A DNA stretch of 64,000 bases from Blasia pusilla (taxonomy: Eukaryota): assembly GCA_050084515.1 (NCBI GenBank), contig CM114271.1, positions 4,960,001 to 5,024,000 on the forward strand. The letters are read 5' to 3'. Positions 38,010 to 49,499 of this stretch are shown piece by piece. Positions within the stretch are counted from its first letter, which is position 1, and each line of letters starts with the position of its first letter. A program made the translations under genes and the position numbers. Below the pieces are notes generated by a model. It was not told where the DNA came from. It saw nothing but the letters and a program-made list of their open reading frames with translations, and ran no database searches.

Positions 38010-38760
38010 AAAGTAGATGTTGTTGATGATTTTTCTTTTCACTTTTCTCTCTCCAAATGAAGCTCCATACGGTGAAGTTCGAACATTTGATACATGAGCT
38101 CCAATTTTTTATCTTCTTGTTGAGCTTTCTTCTCACTTGTATCATTCAAAACTTGAATGAAGGCATTCATTGATTATATAATACTATCACTAGTATCTCT
38201 TGACTTTAATTTTTTTGTTTGGTTGTCCTGCAATACCCGTTCGGGAACATGCTTTGCTTCTTGGACTTTGTGCCGTAGGTAGACCTTCACTTGAACCCAC
38301 ATTGGATGTGTGAGTTTAAGATATATCTATTGGATGAATAGCTTGCATAGGTAGATCGCTCAATTGAACCGCAAATTTCTTGCCCTCATCGGATAGAATG
38401 TGAATAAATGACAGTTGAGACTCATTATGAATGAGATCTTCTTCACTCAAATTAAAAAAAAAATTCAACACCAACAAATTCTTAGATGTTAGTACCACCA
38501 TCACATACACATGGTCTTCCCGATCGCTTTGGTGAAGGATGTCTAAAACAGTGTATTTGAGCATAATATTCCCACTCACTTGGTTCTCCAGCCATTTGAC
38601 CTTGTTTCATTTTTTCACTCTTAAACTTTTTTACTAATCCATCTAACTTTTTTCTAAACATGTGTGGCTCATATGGTATGGTCACTTGACATCTTTCATT
38701 CATATGAATTGCAAGCGATCGCCATTGATCTTAGCTCACATTGCCTTGATTACAATGATG
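38010..38760 (-). pseudogene. Harbinger-associated Myb/SANT (trihelix)-like DNA-binding ORF, degraded
   Basis: ORF 38482-38703 reads RKKLDGLVKKFKSEK...GEPSEWEYYAQI, resembling a trihelix third helix plus W-x-Y-Y. A coiled-coil-like tail (KKAQQEDKKLELMYQMFELHRMELHLER) lies at about 38050-38170. It converges on the transposase. Confidence 0.65.
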
Positions 38761-39699
38761 GAAGTAACATTCTTCATAGGAATCAAAAAGTATTCTCTCA
38801 TTCTCTTTACTCCATTATACTTTTGGTTTTTTAAGAGAGGAAGGACATGAAATCAACTTTAATCAATATAACACAATTCATAGTGATAAGCATCATCACA
38901 TAAAAAACCCTCAAACAATGGATATGAGGCAACATGAAGGATTGGAATCATATTAGAAACCATATCGGGAAATTTTTTTTTGGTTGAGGTCATAGCTCTT
39001 TGTGAGTCGGGAACCACGGTGTTTTCTGAAACGTCGGTTGTCCTCTCTATGTAGGTCAAATATTTCTTGTACCTAGGGCACACATAAACAATTTAATATA
39101 AGCCAAATCCTTATTGAATGGTGCAAATGACTCTACAAAAAAATCAATGAGAATCTTGAAAATGAGTTTCAAGATCTTCTCATTGCGGTCATTTTGACTC
39201 TAAGAATAAGGCGTAGCAATTTGCGACGAAAAAGATATGACTATCCTAGTCTAATACACTCTCACAACTACTTTTTGTAACTCACCTTAAAAAAAAAGGG
39301 CAAAAGAGCTCTTTGGAAAACTTGGACTATCACAAAGTGGGCAAGAAATAAAGGCGTGCCCATTCACCCTAAAAGTACCCTCCAACCTTTTTTTAATATA
39401 AAAACGGAGGAAAGAGTAGGAAATAGAGCCCATTTGAGGGTTCATCACCGGCAGGACTCTATATCCGTTCCGAAGTGGCTTGTGTGGAGCCAGAGCAGAC
39501 TCGGCATATTCGGATGATATGCCTCCAAACGGAGGCATATCGTCCCGATGTGAATTGAGTAAGAGACGGGCCCATGAATCCAGTCAGCTCTCCGTCCATC
39601 TTCTCCGTTCTCTCCAACAAGGGGGGACAAAGTCCCACTAGGACAGGCGCGTGCGAGATGTCATTGCCTGCTCGTCAGAAAGAGAGGATGGGTGTCGGG

Positions 39700-40184
39700 A
39701 TTCTCTTATCCATGTTGATTTTTATATGAGACGAGCGGCTTAGATGGTGGAGGCGGACGTTGTAATGGCGGATCCTACGGTGGAGGCTATGCGAGCCCAA
39801 CTGGTAGCACAAGGGAGATTGCTATAAGGAGCCGTAGAAGAGGTGAAAAAGACCCATCTCTATAGTCAACTTCACAATGGTCATTCGTTTGTTCCCCTAG
39901 CTATAGAGATGTATGGGGTCATGGGGAAGACCCGGAATAGGTTTGACTCGTTCCTTACAGATTGCAATCATCATCTCCACTTGAGAAATGGGTTGTCATT
40001 AGCTATCGCAATTCCCTATTGTAGGCAACGGATCTCTCTACCGTTGCAGAGTGCCCAAGCCATTGGGCTTTTGCCTCGCGCTCAAGCTATGGGAGACACC
40101 ATTTCTATAGGCCCACTTAGTGGTAGTCACCTCTCTCTAGGTGTTGCTAATATTGTGTCTGCTGTTGGTGAGTTTAGTCGATAG
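39700..40184 (+). mobile_element. 3' fragment of a non-LTR retrotransposon with restriction-like endonuclease (CRE-like)
   Basis: Translation ADVVMADPT...VKKTHLYS...SFVPLAIEMYGVMG...FDSFLTDC...RQRISLPLQSAQA matches the D-x-x-V-x-x-P / K-x-x-x-Y / F-x-P-L-A-x-E-x-x-G / RISxxLQ pattern of RLE C-termini. Upstream in-frame stops; no RT domain seen. Confidence 0.65.
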
Positions 40185-40916
40185 GGGGTGTCCCCTTTTA
40201 TTTTTTCAGGCCGATTGTGGCCTTCACGTACTCAACTCTTTGACTCCCCCTTTTTTGTATACCAGATGGGTTTTCCATCACCCGATTTTTATCGAGTTCT
40301 CTTTTTTGCTTCTTGATGCACACATCCCATGCACGCAATGGAGGGGAACAAAGGAAGAGGTTGCAAACTACAAGATTTTGATTTTACTTCATTAATGGTT
40401 GCAAACTAAAAGATTTTTATTTTACTTCATTGATGCACACATCCCATGCACGTAATGGAGGGGAACGAAGGATGTAGGTAGTATGATTATCCTAATGCAT
40501 ATCACAATACTAAGTACATAATATAAACTATTCATAAAATTCTTTGGTTCAAAGTATGTTAAAACAAAAAACCAAAATTGTATTTTAAATTAAATCCAAG
40601 ATATATATATATATTGCATCTTAATAATACAAACTAAAAGATTTTGATTTTACTTCATTAATGGTTGTTGAGTATTATTGTGTCTTCCTTGGAAGAGGGC
40701 CCATCTATCTTTGTCTATCCTAGGAGAGAGGTAAGGACTCCCTCCAACTCCATATGCAATTTTTTTCAACAATCTTTGAAGTTCTTTTCGTCCCCTCCCT
40801 ATTATCTTTTGAGATGGGTGGACAAAGGTGGACTCTCTGGCTCTCTTTGCTTTTCTTTGCTCCTTGAAGGGATGGAGACAATTTTCCTCTCCACTTTCTA
40901 GAAGACCCTTCTAGAA

Positions 40917-41011
40917 AGTAGGAGGCAAACCACCTTTTCTTTGACCCCCTCCTCAAAACTCTCTCCATTCTTTGAGGAGGGGGTCAAAGAAAAGGTGGTT
41001 TGCCTCCTACT
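40917..41011. repeat. Perfect 41-bp inverted repeat with 13-nt loop
   Basis: 40917-40957 is the exact reverse complement of 40971-41011. Confidence 0.95.
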
Positions 41012-41671
41012 CCCTATCTCACCTCCCCTTTTCGATCGTCAAATTCCATATTCCGATTGGCAAAAATTGGAAGAATTTTGAAAATTTATTCTTGTGAAGT
41101 CCTCTCTTATTAAGAATAATCATTTGTTCTATTCTATTCTAGTAAATCTTATCTTTTCAATTTTTTCTCGTAACCGTTGGGCATTTGACATATATATTTT
41201 GTGGGGATGAATTTTAAGAGATAAAAAATTGCTACAAGTGCCTAGTTCCAAGCGAGGGGAAATCCTTGTATGAGCGAGACACCAAAGGGTATTACTTGTG
41301 TGATTGGTATGTTTTTTCAAGCAAGATCCCATCGAATATTAGCAAGGAGATGTGAAGAAGGTTGGACCACCATTGCAATGCATGCGTTCAATCTTCTCCA
41401 TGGAGGACTTTGATCAAGTAAATAAATGTAATGAGAGACCGTATGCAGTGAACCTTAGCCTTTGGTTAATGAGTTCAGGGAAGGTGATGAACCTTCCCTC
41501 AACTCAAAGATCAACTCAACCTACGTGGTACAAATCCATCTTTAGAATTTTTCTCATTGACACTAGTGTGTTTCATGTGCTATATAAAGGACTATTCATA
41601 AATAATGATAAGAAAGAAAAAAACAAGGCCTTGACGTATGTGGCTAGTAGGTATATAATGTGCTCCATATA

Positions 41672-41958
41672 TCTATATTATTAAAATAGGAGGGGTTCAT
41701 AGAAGCTACCCTCTTGCATGTCCCTTAAGGACTTCTATAGTGTTGACACATGTAATTTTAAGGGAGGAAGTTAAGCTAAGGGAAGAAGAGGATCAAATTT
41801 AGTTGAGGGGAGAGTACACATGAGAAGGGGATAGGAAAGGGAATGGAAGGGATGAAGGTACTAGGGACTAGCAAGGATTGAAGGAGGAAAAGCCATGTTT
41901 TTTCTTTCTTATTATTACTTATGAATAGTCCTTTGTATAGCACATAAAACACACTAGT
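41672..41958 (+). mobile_element. Helitron derivative
   Basis: Starts TCTATATTATTAAAATAGGAGGGG and ends CACACTAG followed by T. Confidence 0.55.
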
Positions 41959-44849
41959 GTCAATGAAAAAATTTCCAAAGATGGATTTGTACCCTTTGTA
42001 GGTGTAGATCTATTGATCTTTGGGGGTAAGCCATTCTACAATAATAGTTTGTGATTTTTTGTTGCACTTATTATGGATGAAATGAGTTCACTTATTGAGA
42101 TCAAAACTACATTAGACACCATAGTCATATGCATAGTATCATATGTTTACTTTTTTTTTTTATAGTTCATTCAATGCTATGAGAGGATGAGTAAGTCTTC
42201 TTGTTCTCATTCCCCTACATCACCTTGAATCCAAAAACCTTTAAACTCATTGCAAACTACTCTATCACTCTTTTCAATGGTATTTTGCATATCTCTCTAC
42301 CTTGGGAGCAAAGATTACATCTCACAAATCGACCAAAATATATAATGGAGAGAAATACAAATAGAGGATAGGAAAGGTAGGATTTTTTGGTATTTCCAAT
42401 CATTGATACTAATTGTGCATTAATATGCACAATTATTATCAATGGTATACATCTTATATGGCATGAGGTGCAAGAAAAGAAAAAATCACTCAAAAACCCT
42501 CAATCAAACAATTTCAAGTAAAAAATTAATGTCAATCATCACTTATCCTCATGAAAATATAACTTTTAGAGATGTGGATTTGTACGATGGTTGAATCCCG
42601 TACATATTATGAAATGAAACTTTTTGGATCCATGGCCATAGGGTTGATTAAAAATATTGATATTATATTGAGCTTGCAACTAATTCAAATTGGATCCATG
42701 AAAAAACTTTGAGTTTGATTTGTAATCCGTGATATACGGTGTAAAATTCTCCTTATTTGGTATGGAATGAGATGGTTGATCTAGATCTATATTACATCCA
42801 AAGGATTGGATGTCTAAAAATTTTCCCTCTTTTCTTCGGATGTGAATTTACAACGTAAAAAGTGACTCCATCTCTATTTTCCTTCAAATTCCTGAAAAGC
42901 TTTTCCAAACCTCACTAAAATCAATCATTCACCCCACTACTATCCCTGTCCACTTCCAAAATTTTCCTTTTTTTAGGAAATAAACTACAACTTTCTTTTT
43001 AAATACCCTCAAAATATCTTGTATTAGGCATGATACCTTATCTAAAAGAAAACCCCTTATATCCCCTATCCTTCACTTATGAAATACAAATATGATACCA
43101 ATTGCAACCCATTTACTCTATGAGTTGCAATCTCTACATCTAAATCATATATGAGTCATAATGCATACAATCTCAACGTGTCATGAGAATTGGTCTTGCT
43201 AAGCATAATAAGGAAGATGAAATCCAAGAAGTATCACACATTTGCAACTTGAAGTTCATTTTTCAATGCTCAACATAATTAAGGAGGTCAAAGTCCCAAA
43301 TGAAAATTGAGACTAAGAGTCAAGATTTCACAGAATAGAAAACATGGAGGTGGACATATTATGGAAGGAACCCAACATTCTATCCTCTAAATTCTACAAC
43401 TATGAAGGCAAGTATGTCATTCAATCATCACCAATATTGTGGGTTTTGGCCTTATCTATCCTTCCAAACACCCAAGCCTATCTAATCTTCCTTATGCCCA
43501 TGTATCGGGTCATTTTAGATTCATGATACTTAGACCATGTGTTTGGTAGCTAACCACATCAAGCTCAACTACCTAAGCTCATAAATGCAATACAAATATA
43601 TAATGCAACATTTACAAGTCATATGCCCTCATTGAAGATACTCAAAACTCATTCAAAACATTTCTTTAGTTAGCTCATATTGAACACATGATGAATTCTC
43701 CTCATCCCCAAGGACAAACTCCATTATTATTATTATACTTGCTTAACTCTTTCGAGTATCTCAAAAGGTCTCTCGTATATATATATATCTTAGTGTCGTC
43801 TTATCGAAAATACTTGAAGGTACTAGATGAGATCTTAGTCTTATGAAAAAATGTTCCCCAACTTTTAATCTCATGTCTTATATATCAACGTCATCTTGCC
43901 ACTTGTAACGACATCGAGTGCGCTCTAATGATAGGAAAGCCTCTTTGAAGTCCTACCACCACTTCACCAAGAAATATTCCACCACTAGCATAAAAATTCT
44001 CCCCTAAGATGCTTTTGGTACGTCAAACCATGATGGATGCTTGGGATTGCAACCAATCACCAAGAGAACGGGTGTGCATGTTTTTGTACTTAAAATCCAT
44101 CCTTGACAAGTGACTTGTACAATCCATTTGATCTATTAGAAAATAGTTTCACACACATTCATCAAGTGCTAAATTAATTTTTTCCACTTGACTTGTTTTG
44201 TTTGAGTGATATCCTAAATTGAAAAGAAAATCAACTCGTAAGGCATTAAATAATGCATCAAAACTTAGAGAGAAATTGTGTGTCTCATTTGGATACCAAG
44301 TCACTTAGTAAGCACCAATATTTGAAGAAGTTGTGAAAGAAAAGATGAGACATTTCTTGAGTTTGTTATATTGTTTCATGTTAGGATGAAAACCCCCCTC
44401 TTAGAAACAAATCTAGCACTACCATTTAATTATGGTGATTTTCATGACTGTAGAGAGGTAAGAAAAATTACATTGATTCCTAGAAAGATCCTTTGTAGCC
44501 ACTATTTTAGGAGGTCATGGTGACTTATTACCTTGAAGCTGACATATGCGTATAGATTACCTTTTTCTTTAATGAGTGGAATTATTTTAGGGATTACCAT
44601 TTATTAGGTGTCTTGTGGCACATTTAGGTGTCTTAATGATTAATGGTGATCATAATTGGGCCAATAAGGCCAAGTGAAATGTATCACTAATGAGAGTTTC
44701 CATGTTTATGAGGCCTTTCCTTCATGTAGCTACACTTCGTTCAAATGGAGACGATACTATGTTGTAGTTTTTTAGGTTGGGTTCATTACCTACTCCATGT
44801 CCTTTATTATTTTTTGCAAATGGGTAGCCTATGCACATATGTTACTATA

Positions 44850-45800
44850 CACTACAATGCATATTTTTGGGTTGCAATTTTCTTGCAAGAAAAATTTTCA
44901 AATATGTGGCTCTCATATGAATGTTATTTGCAAGTGCACAATATGTGGCTATCATCAACTCGTGCCGCCATTGTGACTTCCCACACTCACATGCTATTAG
45001 CAAGTCTCTGTAGCATCAAGAAAATTGCAAACTACCTTGCGACTATCAACCGTAATCCAATTTCAAAGTGCGATTGACTTGCAATTATGAGAAATTTTGA
45101 TTTTAAGGATTGTCTTATGGCCCCCGATATTCGTACGAATAGTGGACCAAACACTTGTAGGATAGCCCCAAAACAAATTGTAATCCAAAAATGGTGGACC
45201 TTCCTCCGTTCCCTCATTTTCCTAATTTTTAACTATACACCCTGGATTCAACCTATTTCTTCCGTTTGGACGTAGAGGAGCCTTTGTCATTTTAGGTTTT
45301 GCTTTTTTATTCCCTCTTTTTTTCCATAGATTAAGGGGGTTGGGGTATGGGTGCGAGATCCCTCTAAGAGTGGTTTTGGGAGCCCATTGGAGAGGGATAC
45401 ACGCTTCGGAGCAATAGGTGAGATGGGTGTTACTCATACTCATAATTAGAGGAATGATTATATGGCACGTGCTATGGATTGGGTTCTCCATTCCACAAAT
45501 GAATGTCTAGACACTTATTTGGAGGAGTAGAGTCACTATCTTCCTCTCAATGTTTGTGTGATAGATGTTCGAGTGTGCAGGGTGGGATTGCTATGGGTTG
45601 GGGCAGAGAGTAGAGGATGCAAATCTTGCTATTGAGGTAGCAGCTCCACCTCCAACGGAATGGTCGTGTGAGAGAAACGGGGAGCTAAGTACTCTCATGT
45701 TGGAAAGTTCAAGGATCTCAACTACAAATGAGGCGAAGACGAGGGCGAAGAATTTTCTTCGCCTTTTTTGTAAACAAGTGTGTGAGTAGTGAATGTTGTC
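44850..45800 (+). mobile_element. CACTA-like terminal fragment within the gypsy-derived region
   Basis: CACTAC at 44850 and TTGCGACTA/TTGCAA subterminal motifs; diverged direct homolog at about 49500-50240. Confidence 0.4.
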
Positions 45801-46099
45801 GTGCGCATTAACCTTTGCATTTAACCTTGATGGTTAAGACAATGCTACAAAGCTCTCCCTAAGGCTCTTCATGACAACAAAATCCAAGATGGAAAATGCA
45901 TGCCATTTAAGCACAAGCTCTTCATCACTCTCATCATGCCAATAATCTCCAGTTGCATCTCGGTGATTCGAGCATGGATCATGATTCGTCCCATCTAAAT
46001 CATGATTGAATATCCTAGGTCGATGTACCCTTATAAATTATACTTGTGCAACAATGGCTATCTTCTTCGTGAAGTTGTGAGACTCCATCAACTAATTAA

Positions 46100-46860
46100 T
46101 TTGGTAGTTGGTGATTACAAATGGCAGTAAAGGAATCACCAAATAAGTAACATCTAAAATGTGTGAGAGCCCACCATCTAGCTAAATAGTCATTTGCATC
46201 CTTGTACAAGTTCTACTTTGCTCTTTAGCGTTATTTGAGCGGCCAACATAATCTGATACAAACTCTCTATCCTTATCATTATGTAGAGTGAGGATATCTC
46301 CAAGCCCTAATATACTTCAATATGGGTATAGCTAGAAAGGATGTCTCCTAATTGGACTACTTGGGGATAAGTTGGGACATAGATATGTCCTTGAGCAATT
46401 GGAATGCTGTCTCTTACTCATTCTTCCAGTTCCACGTGTGATCAACTTTGTTAACAACATAAGGGGCTTTGCAATTGTGATGAATCCCTAAGTATACCAT
46501 TGATAGAAGTTTCCCAATCCCATAATTATACAAATTTGACTCATATCCATTGAGCATGGAGTGTGTGAGATGGCCCCTATCTTTATCTGATATATATCAA
46601 GTCCTCTTAGGTACATCATGTGATCCAAGTAGTCAATCTAATCATAGATGAACTTGCATTTTCCTAGACGTTGTTGCAACAGATATAATTGCAATACTCG
46701 AATCACCTCTATGAGGTGTTGCTCGTAGGTACTCTCAACAATGGTGTTGAGGACTATGACATCATTAACTTAAATACCTACAAAAATCCAAACCTTCCAA
46801 GATGTATCTATGACTCTATGAAATTTTGGTAGGGCATTTTTTAATCCAAGATCTTGAAGA
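46100..46860 (-). pseudogene. Ty3/gypsy reverse transcriptase-RNase H remnant
   Basis: Translations GLKNALPKFHRVID, RLGKCKFIYD*IDYLDH and DMSQICIIMGLGNFYQWYT*GFITIAKPL match gypsy RT motifs FGLKNAPATFQR, KCxF...YLGH and FLGLxNYYRRFI..F..IAKPL. Contains stops. Confidence 0.75.
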
Positions 46861-49499
46861 ACCAACATTGATAGAAATAATACTCATACCTAAATCATGG
46901 GGTAAATGAAAAAAAAGGCACTCTTGTGACTCCTTAAGACTTAATATACTCAGCGCCACTACTCTCTTGTCAACTTGGGTTCAACCTTTAACTCCCAAGC
47001 CTCTATTGTGGTTATGGTAGGACTCTCCAATATGGGGGTTGATTACTATTGTGAAACTGTTGAGTAATAATGATACTCAACAACTCAACTCTAACTAACT
47101 TAAATGTCTCTACTCTTGGCGCTCTTCGGTGATCAAGATTATCCTTCATGCTAAGTACAATGATTCCCATCTCTCGGTGTAGTTGGATCACATCCCAAGA
47201 AGCCCATAGGTATCTATCATGAGCTCCTTTGGTTTATGAATATCCTCTAGCTTCACCCACCTAACCATTGCATGTATCACCTTGATAGGCAAGGGTCTCA
47301 GGAGTGCCTGAGAAGAGACGCATTTGGATTGTGTTCGACGTTGCTTAACCACTTCTAAATTGATAATCCGTGTCAAGTAGTTCAAGTCCACGGCTTGACC
47401 CAAAATATGAAATTTTTATGCTTATGAAAATTATGGCATTGTCATCATACTTGTGGGAAATCCCATCATGCACTATTGCTGGTTGTATAGAGCGCCAACA
47501 CATAAAAAAGGCCTTATCAACATTGGACTTCACAAACTATTATGCTTGATTATTCAGATCCAAAATCAAGTCGGGGCTATCCTCCTTGTAAGCATAAGAG
47601 GCAAGGAAAATCATAGAGATCAACTACACCGAGAGATGGGAATCTCATAAATATCCTATTGACTATTATTAACTACCAGTGATCCTCATATTGCAATGCT
47701 TGTGATTGACATCCATAAACAAAAATGGAATCCCCCAACGATCATGACACTCTTGGATATATCCTCTTTGAAACCTCATGTGGCATCAAGTTCATCCATC
47801 ATATGCATAGATAATATGCTAACTAACATTGGTTGTATCCCAAAATAATCCAGGTTTGATACATATGCAAACTCGATGTACACTCCTTACCACCTGTGCC
47901 AAAGAGTTGTTTGACTAAGATACACTATTGAGAATGTATGTTAGGGAATGAGATTGATGCTCAAACAAATGTCACAAAATGCGCATTGTTTCCCAAAACA
48001 ACATAGCTTTGGGGTCTCCCAAGCCACTTCTGCATCCAACACTCAATTAACCCCGACATGGGCAACGTGCAATCATGAAATAGACAATACCAATCTGGTC
48101 TAGATCTTCCATCCCCCGTAGAGAGATACCCTTTGGAAAAGAAATCTAGTAACCGCATATTGTTGTCATTGGTAATAGATTTACAAAATGTAGCTTATAT
48201 TGAGCTACAAGTTGAGTTCAGACTCATCTTGCTCCACATATAAGCACTAATTTACGTGAAGACTTGCGTGTAACATCGTAGCCAAACTAGAGATTATCCC
48301 TTTGAAGAGATCCAACGGTCTTACATGCTACTTTGAAATTTTCCATATAATTAGCGAGCTTTCCAAATGTAACAATGTAGCACTTCCAACCACCTTGAGC
48401 TCCTTTGATCCATTTGGACTTGGTGGAAAGGTCTCATTCATTCTAGCTTGTATGCACAAGCTTAATTTCCGACACTTCGTTAGAGCAACCTCTCCTCCAT
48501 AAACATATGCGATCATCATGACACAAGGGATAATCACTAGTTTAGGTTACCATAGGTATATTGTACATAGGGGTATCCTTCTCCTAAACACAGAACTGAA
48601 TCAAAACCCCTATTTAGATGATGGCGGTGTCGAATATCAATAATATTTCCATGTCTTGTGGTTTTTGTTCTTACACACCGTACGTGAACTTTATTGGAAA
48701 TAAAATAACCAATCCATTATCAGACGACCATCTTGGCCTGTAGGATCGAAGCTATCATCTCCAAGTTATTTAGGGTGCCCCATTGAGTATAACATTACTC
48801 CACCAACAAAGATAACATTACTCCACCAACGAAGATATCGTCACTATTGTCTTGGCCCACAACATCGACTCATCTTCGGGATGCTAAACCATATCAATAT
48901 CTTATGTTGCCCAAAATCAACTCAAGTTAGGCCCAAACATATAAAACTCGCATTCCCTACTATGAAGGGTTGCACTCTTGAACCAAAGAAGATACATTGC
49001 AAACAAAATTTTTTAAGCTCATGGCCTAACCAAATGAAGTATGTTACCTTTGTCATGTCATTTATGATCGAGCAAGAGTATGTAGCATGCCTCAATAAGG
49101 AGGCTATGCATGTAGTTAGGTGTCGAGAGTCAAGGAGTGACGAATTGATCTTCCTTGGTAAGATTAGTGCAAATGTCATTCTTTAGAAGCTTTGATGGAA
49201 GTTCTTGATTTTCTATGAACCTATTGTACAAGTTTAGGTGAATGTATGTATATTTCACCTTCTTCAAGCCTTGGGAGCCTTGAGAGGGGCATATCCCGAT
49301 GGAAGGCTTGAATATGTTCATCTCCCCATAATTAAGCCTTCAAAGCATTAGTTAGGGCAAGATGGTGCTTACATATATTAGACCTAGATTCCTTTATGTT
49401 GAGGGTGGGTTTGGCTCCACTTTTCCTAAGTTTTTTTTTTAAAGTGGTGTGTTTCACATCTCATTTTCATCAATTGAGAGATCCATACAAATATTACAA

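Larger units (their letters stand above)
36460..39560. mobile_element. Decayed PIF/Harbinger DNA transposon with convergent transposase and Myb/SANT-like ORFs
   Basis: Two-ORF tail-to-tail layout typical of PIF/Harbinger. Ends are uncertain: possible degenerate TIRs CTAATTCACTTCG (about 36458) and CGATGTGAATTGAG followed by TAA (about 39546-39562). Confidence 0.75.

Noticed and set aside
36663..38760. Domesticated Harbinger pair (ALP1/HDP-like)
   Set aside because: Multiple in-frame stops and broken frames indicate a dead transposon, not a host gene.
48789..48836. 23-bp tandem duplication ATAACATTACTCCACCAAC.AAG
   Set aside because: Ordinary slippage duplication within TE debris.
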